Origin: Actinomycetota bacterium
GTDB lineage: Bacteria > Actinomycetota > CADDZG01 > JAHWKV01
DNA: 64,000 nucleotides
Assembly (NCBI GenBank): GCA_051005875.1
Contig: JBPCIX010000057.1
Span: forward strand, 5,269-69,268
Direction of reading: 5' to 3'
Each line of letters starts with the position of its first letter. Positions within the stretch are counted from its first letter, which is position 1. A program made the position numbers and the translations under genes. The notes below the pieces were generated by a model that ran no database searches, was not told the DNA's origin, and saw nothing but the letters and a program-made list of their open reading frames with translations. Shown in pieces: positions 36,150 to 45,837 of the stretch.

Positions 36150-37341
36150 TGACGGCCTCCTGGTCAGGGTTCAGGTTGGCCTTCATCAGCGCGCAAAAAT
36201 CGTCGAACAAGTAGCGTGAATCGCGCGGACCCGGACCAGCTTCCGGATGATATTGGACCGCAAACGCCGGTTCATCGACCAACCGAAATCCTTCAACTGT
36301 GTAGTCATTCAGGTTGATATGCGTAAGCTCTGCGGGTCCGTGGGGGGTGCTGAATGTCGTGAGGGCAGGCAAGGGCTTGCCTGGTTCCCCGGCAGCCTTG
36401 AAGCCGAACCCGGATTCCCTGACCGAAAATCCATGGTTCTGGGTCGTGATTTGAACGGCGCCATCCGAGAGCCTCAAAACCGGATGGTTGGCGCCGCGGT
36501 GGCCGAAAGACAGCTTGTAGGTCTTGAGGCCAAGCGCCAGAGCCATCAGCTGATGGCCCAGGCAAATGCCGAACACAGGGACCTTTCCCAGCAACCGGCC
36601 GATGGAGTCGACTCCTTGCTTCACGGCTTCAGGGTCCCCCGGGCCGTTCGAAATGAAGACACCGTCGGGATTTGAACCAAGGACCTCAGACGCCGGCGTG
36701 TCCGCAGGAAATACCGTCACCGCTGCCCCGCGAGCGGCTAATTCTCGCAAGATATTGTGCTTCATTCCAAAGTCATAGGCTGCAACCTTGTAGAGCATTG
36801 GCCCTGTGGGCGGCCATTCATACGGTTCCGTGGTGGATACCCCGCCCGTCAGATTTGCTCCTGCCATGAGCGGGGTGGTTAGCAACTCGGCTGCAAGAGA
36901 CTGCGCCGCTGCACAGTCGGTTGATATGGCGCCTCGCATCGCGCCACGCTCGCGAATATGGCGAGTGAGCCTTCTGGTATCGACCTCGGTGATGCCTGCA
37001 ACGCCGTGCTCGTCCATGTATTCCTCGAGCCCTTCCTCAGCGCGCCAGGATGAGTACACCGCCGGAAGATCTCTGGTGACGAACCCTCTAACTCTTACCG
37101 AGCCACTCTCGCTATCCTGACTGTTTACCCCGTAATTTCCGATGTGCGGATAGGTCATCGCTACAATTTGACCGTCGTAGGAGGGATCGGTCAAGACTTC
37201 CTGGTACCCGCTCATGCCGGTGTTAAAGACCACTTCTCCGAAGACCTGCGACCGTGATCCAAAGGTCACTCCCTCGAATACCTCACCGTCTTCCAGGACC
37301 AAGATCGCAGGCTTCATCCCCCTGCCTCGTTCCCTGGTCAC
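36133..37341 (-). CDS. carA: Carbamoyl-phosphate synthase small subunit
   Basis: The GATase triad context GICLGHQ is present. The start is ambiguous: either the GTG at 37341, which forms a GTGA overlap with the pyrC stop, or the ATG at 37317 ([11 protein letters not shown]). Confidence 0.93.
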   Translation of the reverse strand: MTRERGRGMKPAILVLEDGEVFEGVTFGSRSQVFGEVVFNTGMSGYQEVLTDPSYDGQIVAMTYPHIGNYGVNSQDSESGSVRVRGFVTRDLPAVYSSWRAEEGLEEYMDEHGVAGITEVDTRRLTRHIRERGAMRGAISTDCAAAQSLAAELLTTPLMAGANLTGGVSTTEPYEWPPTGPMLYKVAAYDFGMKHNILRELAARGAAVTVFPADTPASEVLGSNPDGVFISNGPGDPEAVKQGVDSIGRLLGKVPVFGICLGHQLMALALGLKTYKLSFGHRGANHPVLRLSDGAVQITTQNHGFSVRESGFGFKAAGEPGKPLPALTTFSTPHGPAELTHINLNDYTVEGFRLVDEPAFAVQYHPEAGPGPRDSRYLFDDFCALMKANLNPDQEAVNAPSN

Positions 37342-38651
37342 ACCACGGCCCTGCCTAGGGCGTGATCAAAAACATGCTTGCCGGAGAACACTGTGTGGAG
37401 AACTCTCCCCCTTAGGGCCCTACCCGCCCATGGTGAGTTCCTGCTTTTCGAAGCGAACAGAGCCGGGTCCACAACCCACTCGGCCTGGGGATCGAAAATA
37501 GTGAGATTGGCGGGCCCGCCCTCAGCGACCGGCCCTCCCTGTGATTTCAATTTCAGAATCGCTGCCGGCGAACACGACATAAGCCGAATTGCTTCGGCCA
37601 ATGAAATGATTCCCGGATCGACCAATTCGGTGATTACGACTGCAAGAGCAGTCTCAAGTCCAACGATCCCCGGCGGCGCCAATTCGAACTCTGCTTCCTT
37701 TTCCTCGAGTGCATGAGGGGCATGGTCGGTGGCAATTGCATCGATGGTTCCATCGACGAGACCTTCCCTGAGGGCCTCGACATCAGACGGCGACCTAAGG
37801 GGAGGATTCATCTTGAAGTTTGGATCGTAGGACACCAGTTCTGAATCAGTAAGGGTCAAATGGTGCGGAGCGGCTTCGGCGGTGACCTTGATGCCCAGAG
37901 CCTTGGCCCGCCGGATAAGATCCACAGAGCCTGCTGTTGAAACATGAAGCGCATGGAAATGAACTCCGGTCAGCTTTGCCAAAGCCAGATCACGCCCGAG
38001 AGCGACCTCCTCGGCCTCCGCTGGGATCCCTTTGAGGCCGAGGAGGTCAGAGAACTCTCCTTCGTGCATCTGGCCGGACTGAGAAAGAGCGGCATCTTCG
38101 CAGTGCTCTGCGCAAATGCCGCCGAAACCTTTGATGTACTCCATTGCTCGCCTCAGCAGCCTTGAATCGGCCACCCCCTTGCCATCGTCTGTAAACATGA
38201 TCACCCTTGCCGAGCATTGCGCCATCTCGCCGACGGCGGCTATCTGGTTCCCGGACAAGCCCTGGGTGATAGCCCCGGCTGGAATGACCTCGGCCAGGCC
38301 GGCTCTGGCGCCCTCGGAGGCGACCATCTCAGCAATTGCTGCGCTATCGCACACCGGATCAGTATTCGGCATGGCGCAGATCGCGGTAAAGCCGCCAGCA
38401 GCTGCGGCAGCCGAACCTGAGGCAATTGTCTCTTCGTCCTCTCGCCCTGGTTCTCGAAGATGCACATGCAAATCCACGAAACCCGGACAAATAACAGCGC
38501 CGGAAATGTCGATAATGCTGGCCCCTGATTCCGGCAGTCCCTTTCCCACTTCCAAGATTCGCCCGCCACCTACGAGGACATCGGCCGTTTGGTCGCACCC
38601 TGCTATTGGGTCGATCAATCGGCCTCCCTTAAATAACAATTCCGCCATCAT
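37338..38651 (-). CDS. pyrC: Dihydroorotase
   Basis: The metal-binding motif DLHVHLREPG and later DHAPH are present. Confidence 0.93.
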   Translation of the reverse strand: MMAELLFKGGRLIDPIAGCDQTADVLVGGGRILEVGKGLPESGASIIDISGAVICPGFVDLHVHLREPGREDEETIASGSAAAAAGGFTAICAMPNTDPVCDSAAIAEMVASEGARAGLAEVIPAGAITQGLSGNQIAAVGEMAQCSARVIMFTDDGKGVADSRLLRRAMEYIKGFGGICAEHCEDAALSQSGQMHEGEFSDLLGLKGIPAEAEEVALGRDLALAKLTGVHFHALHVSTAGSVDLIRRAKALGIKVTAEAAPHHLTLTDSELVSYDPNFKMNPPLRSPSDVEALREGLVDGTIDAIATDHAPHALEEKEAEFELAPPGIVGLETALAVVITELVDPGIISLAEAIRLMSCSPAAILKLKSQGGPVAEGGPANLTIFDPQAEWVVDPALFASKSRNSPWAGRALRGRVLHTVFSGKHVFDHALGRAVV

Positions 38652-38657
38652 GCGCGC

Positions 38658-39614
38658 CTAGGCTTCGATCTCAGAAGCAGAAGCAGACGCAGACGTGGTT
38701 TCAGGGCCCCCGAGCATCAAATACAAGACGGCAGCCCGAACCGCGATTCCGTTGGTCACCTGATCGGTGATGATTGAGCGTGGTCCTTCGGCCAGGTCAG
38801 ACGAGATTTCCACACCTCGGTTCATCGGGCCTGGATGCATTATCAAGGCCTCCTTTTTCAATGTCTCCAGCCGCTGCCGATTCAGCCCCCAGAAGCGGGC
38901 GTACTCACGAAGCGACGGGAAGAGAGTTTCCTCCTGGCGTTCATTTTGAACTCGTAACAGATACACGACATCAAGCTTTGGCAAGACCTGGTCCAAATTT
39001 GTCGAGGATTCAGCACCCCAACTTTCAATGCTTGCCGGCAACAGGGTGGCCGGGCCAATCGCTGTAACCTGAGCTCCCATTTTCGAAAAGGCCTTGATAT
39101 TCGATCGGGCGACTCTGGAATGGAGAATGTCGCCCACTATTCCGACTCTCAGACCCTCGAAGCTTTCGAAGCGCTCGCGTATCGAGTAGAGATCGAGCAG
39201 TGCCTGGGTTGGATGTTCGTGAGCACCGTCGCCGGCGTTGATAACACTTGCCTCGACCCATCCGGAAAGCCTCTGTGGCGCCCCCGCGGAGGAATGTCGG
39301 ACCACGATTGCATCGACACCCATCGCCTGCAGCGTCAAGGCAGTGTCCTTGAAAGACTCTCCTTTAGAAATGGACGTTGTCGGACCGGAGCTGAAATTGA
39401 TTACATCAGCCGACAGCCTCTTAGCGGCCAGTTCGAACGAGATTCGAGTGCGGGTCGAAGGCTCGAAAAATAAGTTGCAAACCGTTCGGCCCCGCAAGGC
39501 TGGGACCTTTTTAATGGTGCGAGCACCGACCTCCCGAAAGGAGTCTGCCGTCTTAAGGACGAGCTCGATTTGGCCAACCGAGAGCTGGTCAATTGACAGA
39601 AGATGCTTGATCAC
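38658..39614 (-). CDS. pyrB: Aspartate carbamoyltransferase catalytic subunit
   Basis: FFEPSTRTR and [10 protein letters not shown] are present. Confidence 0.95.
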   Translation of the reverse strand: MIKHLLSIDQLSVGQIELVLKTADSFREVGARTIKKVPALRGRTVCNLFFEPSTRTRISFELAAKRLSADVINFSSGPTTSISKGESFKDTALTLQAMGVDAIVVRHSSAGAPQRLSGWVEASVINAGDGAHEHPTQALLDLYSIRERFESFEGLRVGIVGDILHSRVARSNIKAFSKMGAQVTAIGPATLLPASIESWGAESSTNLDQVLPKLDVVYLLRVQNERQEETLFPSLREYARFWGLNRQRLETLKKEALIMHPGPMNRGVEISSDLAEGPRSIITDQVTNGIAVRAAVLYLMLGGPETTSASASASEIEA

Positions 39615-40210
39615 GGTCCGGCCGCCGTATTTCCGGCGGCATCGCCCGAGCCAGCCCCGCCGACCGAGACAACAACCGAATCATCGCCATCGGTTGAGGC
39701 AAGTCGGACCATAACGTCATCGGTCATCGCCGTTGGGATGTTTTTACCGATGAAATCCGCTCGAATTGGAAGTTCTCGGTGCCCTCGGTCGATCAAGACG
39801 GCCAGTTGCACCAGCCGCGGGCGGCCAAAGTCGACAAGGGCATCAATGGCGGCTCGGATGGTCCTGCCTGTGAACAAAACATCATCAACCAGGACCACCG
39901 TCTTGCCCTCGACATCAAAAGACAGCTTGGTCGTCGAAATGTCGCTAGGAACTCTCAGTCCTATGTCATCGCGATAAAACGACACGTCCAGGGAGCCCAC
40001 GGGAGGTTCCAGACCCTCAACCCGGCCCATCTCTTGGGCTAAGCGCTGAGCCAGGGGAAATCCACGCTTATGGATCCCCACGAGCACCAGATCGGTGACT
40101 CCCTTGTTGCGCTCAACAATCTCGTGAGCCATTCGCTTCAGGGCCCGGCCCATATCCCCCGGCTCAAGGACGACCTTACCGGTCTGGGGCGACGCGGAGT
40201 TCAAACTCAA
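39611..40210 (-). CDS. pyrR: Bifunctional pyr mRNA-binding regulator / uracil phosphoribosyltransferase
   Basis: The PRPP motif [17 protein letters not shown] is present. The TTG start at 40210 (or 40204) follows a T8 run. Confidence 0.92.
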   Translation of the reverse strand: MSLNSASPQTGKVVLEPGDMGRALKRMAHEIVERNKGVTDLVLVGIHKRGFPLAQRLAQEMGRVEGLEPPVGSLDVSFYRDDIGLRVPSDISTTKLSFDVEGKTVVLVDDVLFTGRTIRAAIDALVDFGRPRLVQLAVLIDRGHRELPIRADFIGKNIPTAMTDDVMVRLASTDGDDSVVVSVGGAGSGDAAGNTAAGP

Positions 40211-40254
40211 AAAAAAGCGCCGCCCCGGCAGGGTGCGACGATATAGACACTCAT
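40207..40254 (-). CDS. Candidate 15-codon leader ORF ([15 protein letters not shown]) coupled to pyrR
   Basis: The ATG is at 40254 with AGGAAGGAGAG ending about 11 nt upstream. Its TGA (40209-40207) overlaps the pyrR TTG (40210-40208) as TTGA. Confidence 0.35.
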   Translation of the reverse strand: MSVYIVAPCRGGAFF

Positions 40255-40269
40255 GCTACGCAAAGCTCT

Positions 40270-40302
40270 CCTTCCTGGCCTCTCCGGACCAGCCATTAAA
40301 GG
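40270..40302 (-). promoter_or_regulatory. PyrR-binding RNA hairpin in the pyrR leader
   Basis: In the RNA sense the sequence is CCUU-UAAUGG-CUGG-UCCGGAGAGG-CCAG-G-AAGG. The loop matches the UCCAGAGAGG-type PyrR recognition motif, and a UUUAA element sits in the lower stem. Confidence 0.7.
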
Positions 40303-40318
40303 CTGAGCGAATCTTGCA

Positions 40319-40705
40319 CTATGTTATCACGCTGGCAACCTTGCCCAAAACTCCATTAATGAACCCGCTCGACTCGTCGGTCGAATAAATCTTGGCCAGT
40401 TCCACTGCCTCGCTGATGGCAACGGCGGACGGAACGTCATCCAAATACATCATCTCGAATAGCGCCAAGCGCAACAGACTCCGGTCTATCGGAGGCATAC
40501 GATCTATCGTCCAATCAGTCGAATTCTCGGCCAGGGTCTGGTCGATGTCCACCGCATGCTCCCCCACCCCGAGAACAAGAATCCTCGAAAATTCGTAGGC
40601 GGGATTCAAGACGTACCTTTCAAGAATCTCCTCCAAAGGCCGCTCGGAGATTTCATGCTCGTACAAAACATCCAGGGCAAGCTTTCGCGCCCCTCGTCGC
40701 CGCAT
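40319..40705 (-). CDS. nusB: Transcription antitermination factor NusB
   Basis: 128 aa containing ARKLALDVLYE. Conserved efp-nusB pairing supports the call. Confidence 0.9.
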   Translation of the reverse strand: MRRRGARKLALDVLYEHEISERPLEEILERYVLNPAYEFSRILVLGVGEHAVDIDQTLAENSTDWTIDRMPPIDRSLLRLALFEMMYLDDVPSAVAISEAVELAKIYSTDESSGFINGVLGKVASVIT

Positions 40706-41265
40706 TACCTAACGCGGGTCAGATACGCGCCGGTACGGGTGTCGACTCGGATTGTCTCGCCGGTTGTGACGAAAAGAGGCACCTGAACAACCGCGCCGGT
40801 CTCAACCGTTGCCGGCTTATTCCCAGCCGACGACCGATCACCCTGCAACCCCGGGTCGGTCTCGGTAACTTTGAGGTCCACTGTGGTCGGCAGCTCTATG
40901 CCGATTGCAGCTCCCTGATACAGAGCAATGTGAACGTTGGTTTGCTCCTTCAGCAGCAGCGCAGCGTCGCCCACAAAATCTTTGCCCAGGTGCGTTTGCT
41001 CAAAACTCTCGTTGTCCATAAAGACCAAATCCTGACCATCTGAATACAGGAATTGCATTTCATGCTTGTTCACTATTGCGAGATCGACCTTTTCGTCGGC
41101 TCGAAAGGTTCGATCGACAACGGCGCCGGTCTTGACGTTTTTTAGTTTGGTGCGAACCATCGCACCACCCTTGCCGGGCTTGTGATGCCCGTAGTCAACG
41201 ATCGTGAAAAGCGTGCCCCCTAGATCAAGGGTCATGCCCGGACGCATGTCGTTGGTCGATATCAA
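40705..41265 (-). CDS. efp: Elongation factor P
   Basis: MISTNDMRPGMTLDL and HHKPGKGGAMVRTKLKN are present. It uses a TTG start. Confidence 0.95.
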   Translation of the reverse strand: MISTNDMRPGMTLDLGGTLFTIVDYGHHKPGKGGAMVRTKLKNVKTGAVVDRTFRADEKVDLAIVNKHEMQFLYSDGQDLVFMDNESFEQTHLGKDFVGDAALLLKEQTNVHIALYQGAAIGIELPTTVDLKVTETDPGLQGDRSSAGNKPATVETGAVVQVPLFVTTGETIRVDTRTGAYLTRVR

Positions 41266-41326
41266 TGTCCGGGAGGCCTCATGTCTTGGGTCAGTATATG
41301 GGGAACCGCCCCGGTTTAGAGACTTC

Positions 41327-42439
41327 CTAGATCTCCATAAATTCCTTGGGAGCTGCGCTCAGGATTTGGGAAGGTCCGGCTTCTTGGATGACGATCAAGT
41401 CTTCAATTCTCACCCCGCCCCAGCCCTCGATATACGCGCCGGGCTCAATGGTGATCACGTTGTCGGGCCGAAGAAGCTCATCGAAACCTTTTTTCAGGCT
41501 CGGCGCCTCGTGAATCTCGAGCCCCACGCCGTGGCCCAGCCCATGCGGAAAAGCGTCGGCCAGGCCGGCGTCGGCCAAAACGGAACGGGCCGCCTCGTCA
41601 ACTCCAGCGCAAGTGGCGCCGGCCCTGGCAGCCGACAATCCGGCCAGTTGAGCAGCCAAAACTGATGCGTACACTTCCTTGTGCCTTGCGCTCGCGGAAC
41701 CGACAACTACAGTTCGGGAAAGATCGGAACAATACCCTTGATAACGACAGCCAAGATCAAGTAAGAGGAACTCGCCACGCTCCACCGGCTTGCTCGATGG
41801 CTCGGCGTGGACGAACGCACTGTGCATGCCCGCGGCCACGATGGGATCAAACGACACAGCCTCGGCACCATGGCTCCGAAGGTAAAACTCTAGATCAAGG
41901 GCGATTTGCCGTTCGGTCTGCCCAACCACGGCCCGGCTGAGAGTAAATGCCAGCCCCGCGTCGGCCATCTTGGCGGCCTCGCTCATCAATAAAACCTCAG
42001 CCGGCTCTTTGACCTTGCGCAACTCCTCGACCCAGCCTCCTGTCGGCACCAGCTCTATCCCCTCGAAATACGTTTCCAGCTTGTCGATCCCCGGAGGAAG
42101 CTCCCAGCCGGGCCGCCGGCTGCCCACGGTAACGCTCGCCCCTTCAAAGCCGATTCGCTCGCATTGCAAGGTCTTTGCTCGGTCACTAAGAATCGACACG
42201 ACTTCCGCATGCGTGTTACATATTTGAACCTCGGCCTCAGCTACTTGCTGGGCTGCTTGCAGAGCGTAGCGCCCATCGCTCAAAAACCATGCACCGGATT
42301 TATCGACCAGCAGGAAGGCATTCGAACCAGTGAAACCGCACAGATAACGGATGTTGGTGAGGTTCGTTAAAAAGAAGGCGTCGAGATCTTCGGCTTGCAT
42401 GCGGGCCCTGAGCCGGGCCAACCTTCCTGAATAATCCAT
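41327..42439 (-). CDS. pepQ: M24B Xaa-Pro aminopeptidase / dipeptidase
   Basis: The metal ligand context HGLGHGVGLEIHE and the C-terminal EPGAYIEGWGGVRIED are present. Confidence 0.85.
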   Translation of the reverse strand: MDYSGRLARLRARMQAEDLDAFFLTNLTNIRYLCGFTGSNAFLLVDKSGAWFLSDGRYALQAAQQVAEAEVQICNTHAEVVSILSDRAKTLQCERIGFEGASVTVGSRRPGWELPPGIDKLETYFEGIELVPTGGWVEELRKVKEPAEVLLMSEAAKMADAGLAFTLSRAVVGQTERQIALDLEFYLRSHGAEAVSFDPIVAAGMHSAFVHAEPSSKPVERGEFLLLDLGCRYQGYCSDLSRTVVVGSASARHKEVYASVLAAQLAGLSAARAGATCAGVDEAARSVLADAGLADAFPHGLGHGVGLEIHEAPSLKKGFDELLRPDNVITIEPGAYIEGWGGVRIEDLIVIQEAGPSQILSAAPKEFMEI

Positions 42440-42441
42440 GC

Positions 42442-42894
42442 CTAAGCCGTGTCGAGAATTTGCGACATGGCCTCGATGGCCAGCAGGTAACCGTGAAATC
42501 CCAGACCCGCAATTACGCCCCGCGCCACCCCTGAGACCACCGACTTAGCGCGCCATTCTTCCCGAGCGTAAATGTTCGAAATATGAACCTCAATCACAGG
42601 AAGCCCGACCGCAGAAAGCGCATCGCGAACCGCGACAGAGTAATGACTAAAGGCAGCCGGGTTGATGATGATTCCTGAAGCCGACAGACGAGCCTGTTGA
42701 ATCCATCCCACTAATTCGCCTTCATCGTTGGTTTGCCTAAAGACAATTTCGAAACCGGCCTGCAAGGCTCGACCGCGGCATTTCGTTTCCAGGGCCTCGA
42801 TGGTGTCGGTCCCGTAGATATCCGGCTCGCGCTCCCCCAGCAAGTTAAGGCTTGGACCATTCAGGATAAAAATCGTCGCGGGGCTCTGGCTCAA
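42442..42894 (-). CDS. aroQ: 3-dehydroquinate dehydratase, type II
   Basis: 150 aa containing ILNGPSLNLLGEREP.IYG and INPAAFSHYSVA. Confidence 0.93.
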   Translation of the reverse strand: MSQSPATIFILNGPSLNLLGEREPDIYGTDTIEALETKCRGRALQAGFEIVFRQTNDEGELVGWIQQARLSASGIIINPAAFSHYSVAVRDALSAVGLPVIEVHISNIYAREEWRAKSVVSGVARGVIAGLGFHGYLLAIEAMSQILDTA

Positions 42895-44003
42895 ACCAAG
42901 ACAGCTTTCATTGCCGCGGCGATTTCAGTTTCGCCGATATCGTCGCGGATGACCGGACTGCCGATGCTCTCCAGAAGGACCCATCGCTGCTTAGTTTCTC
43001 TCTTTTTATCCATTCCCCATGCAGCCTTTACTTGACCGGGGTCGAATGCGGCCCTGACCGGCAGCCCGGCAGCGGAAAGAGCCTTGTCATGCAGGGTCAC
43101 GCCCGCAGGATCCAGAAGGCCAATTTGCAAGGCAAGATTCGCTGCAAACATCATGCCCACCGAGATGGCTGAGCCGTGGGTGAACCTCTTGTAATCGCCT
43201 ACCGCCTCAAGCGCGTGACCAAAGGTATGCCCGTAGTTCAAGAAGATGCGGTCGCCGCGGTCCGTTTCGTCTCCGGCTACTACTCGCGCCTTGATTTTGG
43301 CGGATGTGAAGACTAGGTCCTCAAGGACCGCCGGATCCTGGAAGTGAAATCGATTCGATTCACCACCGGGGTGGGTCGGAGCGCCATGGGGGTTGAAATG
43401 GTCAAGGAGTTTCGGCTCAAAACAAAGACCATACTTCACGACTTCGGCCAAACCGGAGATCAATTCTTCCTTCGGCAAACTGAGCAACACCTCGACGTCG
43501 CACACTACGCCTCGAGGCTGATAAAAGGCGCCGGCGAGGTTTTTACCCGCCGTCAGGTTTACGCCAGTTTTCCCCCCGATTGCAGCGTCCACTTGTCCAA
43601 GCAAAGACGTCGGGACATGGATGAGGCGAATTCCCCGCAAGTACGTTGAAGCTAGAAATCCACCAAGGTCTGAAACAACCCCTCCCCCAAGAGTCACGAT
43701 CAGATCGTGACGGTGCAGTCCAAGCTCTGCGACCCGTTCCAATAGGTCGCCTGCCACCTCCCACGACTTAGATTGCTCGCCCGCGGGTACCACCAGCCGG
43801 CCGACTGGGGCCCATTCTAGAAACTCCTTGGCAACAGTATCCCCGTACAAAGGGTCGACATTGTCGTCCGTGAGGATGGCAATCTGGCTGGGGGCCCACG
43901 CTGGCTCGATGGATTGTAGCCACCGCAAGAGACTCCCGATAAGACCTCGGCCGATCAAGATCTCGTACGACCGGTCCCCGAGTGCTACCCCTACTTTTTT
44001 CAC
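42891..44003 (-). CDS. aroB: 3-dehydroquinate synthase
   Basis: GGGVVSDLGGF and the metal-binding region LNYGHTFGHA are present. I prefer the GTG at 44003, 7 nt after the aroK stop, which gives 370 aa. The ORF track start at 44120 would lie inside aroK. Confidence 0.9.
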   Translation of the reverse strand: MKKVGVALGDRSYEILIGRGLIGSLLRWLQSIEPAWAPSQIAILTDDNVDPLYGDTVAKEFLEWAPVGRLVVPAGEQSKSWEVAGDLLERVAELGLHRHDLIVTLGGGVVSDLGGFLASTYLRGIRLIHVPTSLLGQVDAAIGGKTGVNLTAGKNLAGAFYQPRGVVCDVEVLLSLPKEELISGLAEVVKYGLCFEPKLLDHFNPHGAPTHPGGESNRFHFQDPAVLEDLVFTSAKIKARVVAGDETDRGDRIFLNYGHTFGHALEAVGDYKRFTHGSAISVGMMFAANLALQIGLLDPAGVTLHDKALSAAGLPVRAAFDPGQVKAAWGMDKKRETKQRWVLLESIGSPVIRDDIGETEIAAAMKAVLV

Positions 44004-44010
44004 CGGCCGG

Positions 44011-44577
44011 CTAAACGCTTCCAGGTGAAGCCGAAGCGGACCCAAGGTGTGGCGAGGTCTTCCCAATCGCCAACATAACAGCCGATACCACGCTCTCGAC
44101 GGTCCCATCGGCGTCGACAATGTAGTCGGCGGCCTCGACGTATGCCGTCTCGCGGTCTTTCAAAAGACCGGCGAGTTTCGACGGGACGTCCCCGCCCTCG
44201 AGAAGGGGCCTGCCTTTACCTGAACGGACCCTTGAGACGGCCAGCTCAAGGCTAACTTTGAGGTAAACAACAACCCCGCCCGACCTGAGGGCGGCGACGT
44301 TCGCAGGGTCGACAATCGCCCCGCCGCCGCAGGCAATCACAGCCCCGGCGGTCTGGGATGCCTCCTTGATTGCGGTTGCCTCCAGGCGGCGGAATTCAGT
44401 CTCCCCCGACCATTGGAACAGATCTGCGATGTTGTTGCTGGTCTTGTGCTCGACCATCCGATCCGTATCCCGAAACGACCTTCCAAGAAGTTGCGCCAGT
44501 CTACGGCCGACCTCGGTCTTACCGGCCCCCATGGGTCCGATCAATGCAACGGTGGCAGGGCGCGAAAGCCTGCCCAT
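44011..44577 (-). CDS. aroK: Shikimate kinase
   Basis: The P-loop LIGPMGAGKT is present and the gene lies between aroC and aroB. Confidence 0.9.
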   Translation of the reverse strand: MGRLSRPATVALIGPMGAGKTEVGRRLAQLLGRSFRDTDRMVEHKTSNNIADLFQWSGETEFRRLEATAIKEASQTAGAVIACGGGAIVDPANVAALRSGGVVVYLKVSLELAVSRVRSGKGRPLLEGGDVPSKLAGLLKDRETAYVEAADYIVDADGTVESVVSAVMLAIGKTSPHLGSASASPGSV

Positions 44578-44619
44578 CAGCTTGAGTCGGCGATTAGCAT
44601 GGGGGGTCTGCCGATTGCA

Positions 44620-45771
44620 CTAAGATCGACTGATCCGATCTTGATAGGCGTGCATGGCCGATTTGATGTCGTCGAGGTAATCGCCGCCGAATTTCTCGAG
44701 CATCGCGTCCGCCAAAACAAGCGCGACCATAGCCTCGCCCACAACCCCCGCGGCGGGAACAGCGCAAGAGTCGGTTCTTTCTTTAAAAGCGGCCGCCGGC
44801 TCTTTAGTTTTCACGTCAACCGTTCTAAGTGGCTTTTTCAAAGTAGATAACGGTTTCATGGCTGCCCTCACCCTTAGCGGCCCGCCAATGGACACGCCGC
44901 CTTCGGTTCCGCCCGCCCGGTCGGTTTTTCGCGCGTAATGACCGTCTTGGAAGAAAATCTCATCGTGGGCTACGGAGCCCCGTAAACCGGCTACGTCAAA
45001 ACCGTTGCCGACCTCGACCCCCTTGATCGCCTGAATAGACATGAGGGCCTGAGCCAATCGCCCGTCCAGGCGACGATCCCAATGAACATAGGAACCGAGA
45101 CCAGGCGGCAAGCCGTAGGCGATGACCTCGAAGATACCCCCGAGCGAATCCTGATCCTTTTCTGCGGCTTCAATTTCAGCGATCATCAGCTTGCCTGCCT
45201 CGGGATCAAAGCAGCGCACTTGCGAAGAATCAATAGCTTCGAGGTCTTCAGGTTTTGGGTGCAGGTCTCGGCGGGCCCCGACCGTTCCAATGGCCACAAC
45301 GTGAGAGATCACCTGAATGCCGAGCTCGGCAAGAAGCATCTTCGCCAAAGCTCCGGCGGCGCTTCGAGCCGCTGTTTCGCGAGCGCTGGCTCGCTCCAGA
45401 ACGTCTCGTGCGTCGTCAAAGCCATACTTGAGCATTCCCGCTAAATCGGCGTGGCCGGGCCGGGGCTCGGTCAAAATGTTTCGAGTAGATCCGGGCTCCG
45501 GTGACATGACCCGCTCCCATTTCGACCACTCAGAATTGCGAATGACCACGGAAATGGGGCTACCGAGGCTCAGGCCGAAACGAACTCCGGACAAAAGCTC
45601 CAGGCTGTCGCGCTCAATCTTCATCCGGGGGCCACGGCCAAAACCAAGCCTGCGCCGGGCAAGTTCATCGGCGATCAGCTTGGTCTGGACGGGCACGCCC
45701 GAAGGCATCCCTTCCAAAATCATACTGAGAGCAGGACCGTGAGACTCCCCTGCTGTTAGATATTTCAACAC
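44620..45771 (-). CDS. aroC: Chorismate synthase
   Basis: MLKYLTAGESHGPAL and the GRSSARET-like SARETAARSAAG are present. Confidence 0.95.
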   Translation of the reverse strand: MLKYLTAGESHGPALSMILEGMPSGVPVQTKLIADELARRRLGFGRGPRMKIERDSLELLSGVRFGLSLGSPISVVIRNSEWSKWERVMSPEPGSTRNILTEPRPGHADLAGMLKYGFDDARDVLERASARETAARSAAGALAKMLLAELGIQVISHVVAIGTVGARRDLHPKPEDLEAIDSSQVRCFDPEAGKLMIAEIEAAEKDQDSLGGIFEVIAYGLPPGLGSYVHWDRRLDGRLAQALMSIQAIKGVEVGNGFDVAGLRGSVAHDEIFFQDGHYARKTDRAGGTEGGVSIGGPLRVRAAMKPLSTLKKPLRTVDVKTKEPAAAFKERTDSCAVPAAGVVGEAMVALVLADAMLEKFGGDYLDDIKSAMHAYQDRISRS

Positions 45772-45837
45772 GTTCCTATGTTACTTGAGGGCCGCAAACG
45801 ACTCCCGGCAAGGAATCATCCGCCGGCCACGCTTGAA

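Noticed and set aside
40207-40232. A classical intrinsic terminator (attenuator) formed by the GC-rich segment and T8 run before pyrR
   Set aside because: The best stems I could draw in CGCACCCUGCCGGGGCGGCGC are only 3-4 bp. The U-run also overlaps the uORF stop and the pyrR start, which fits translational coupling better. This remains an open question.
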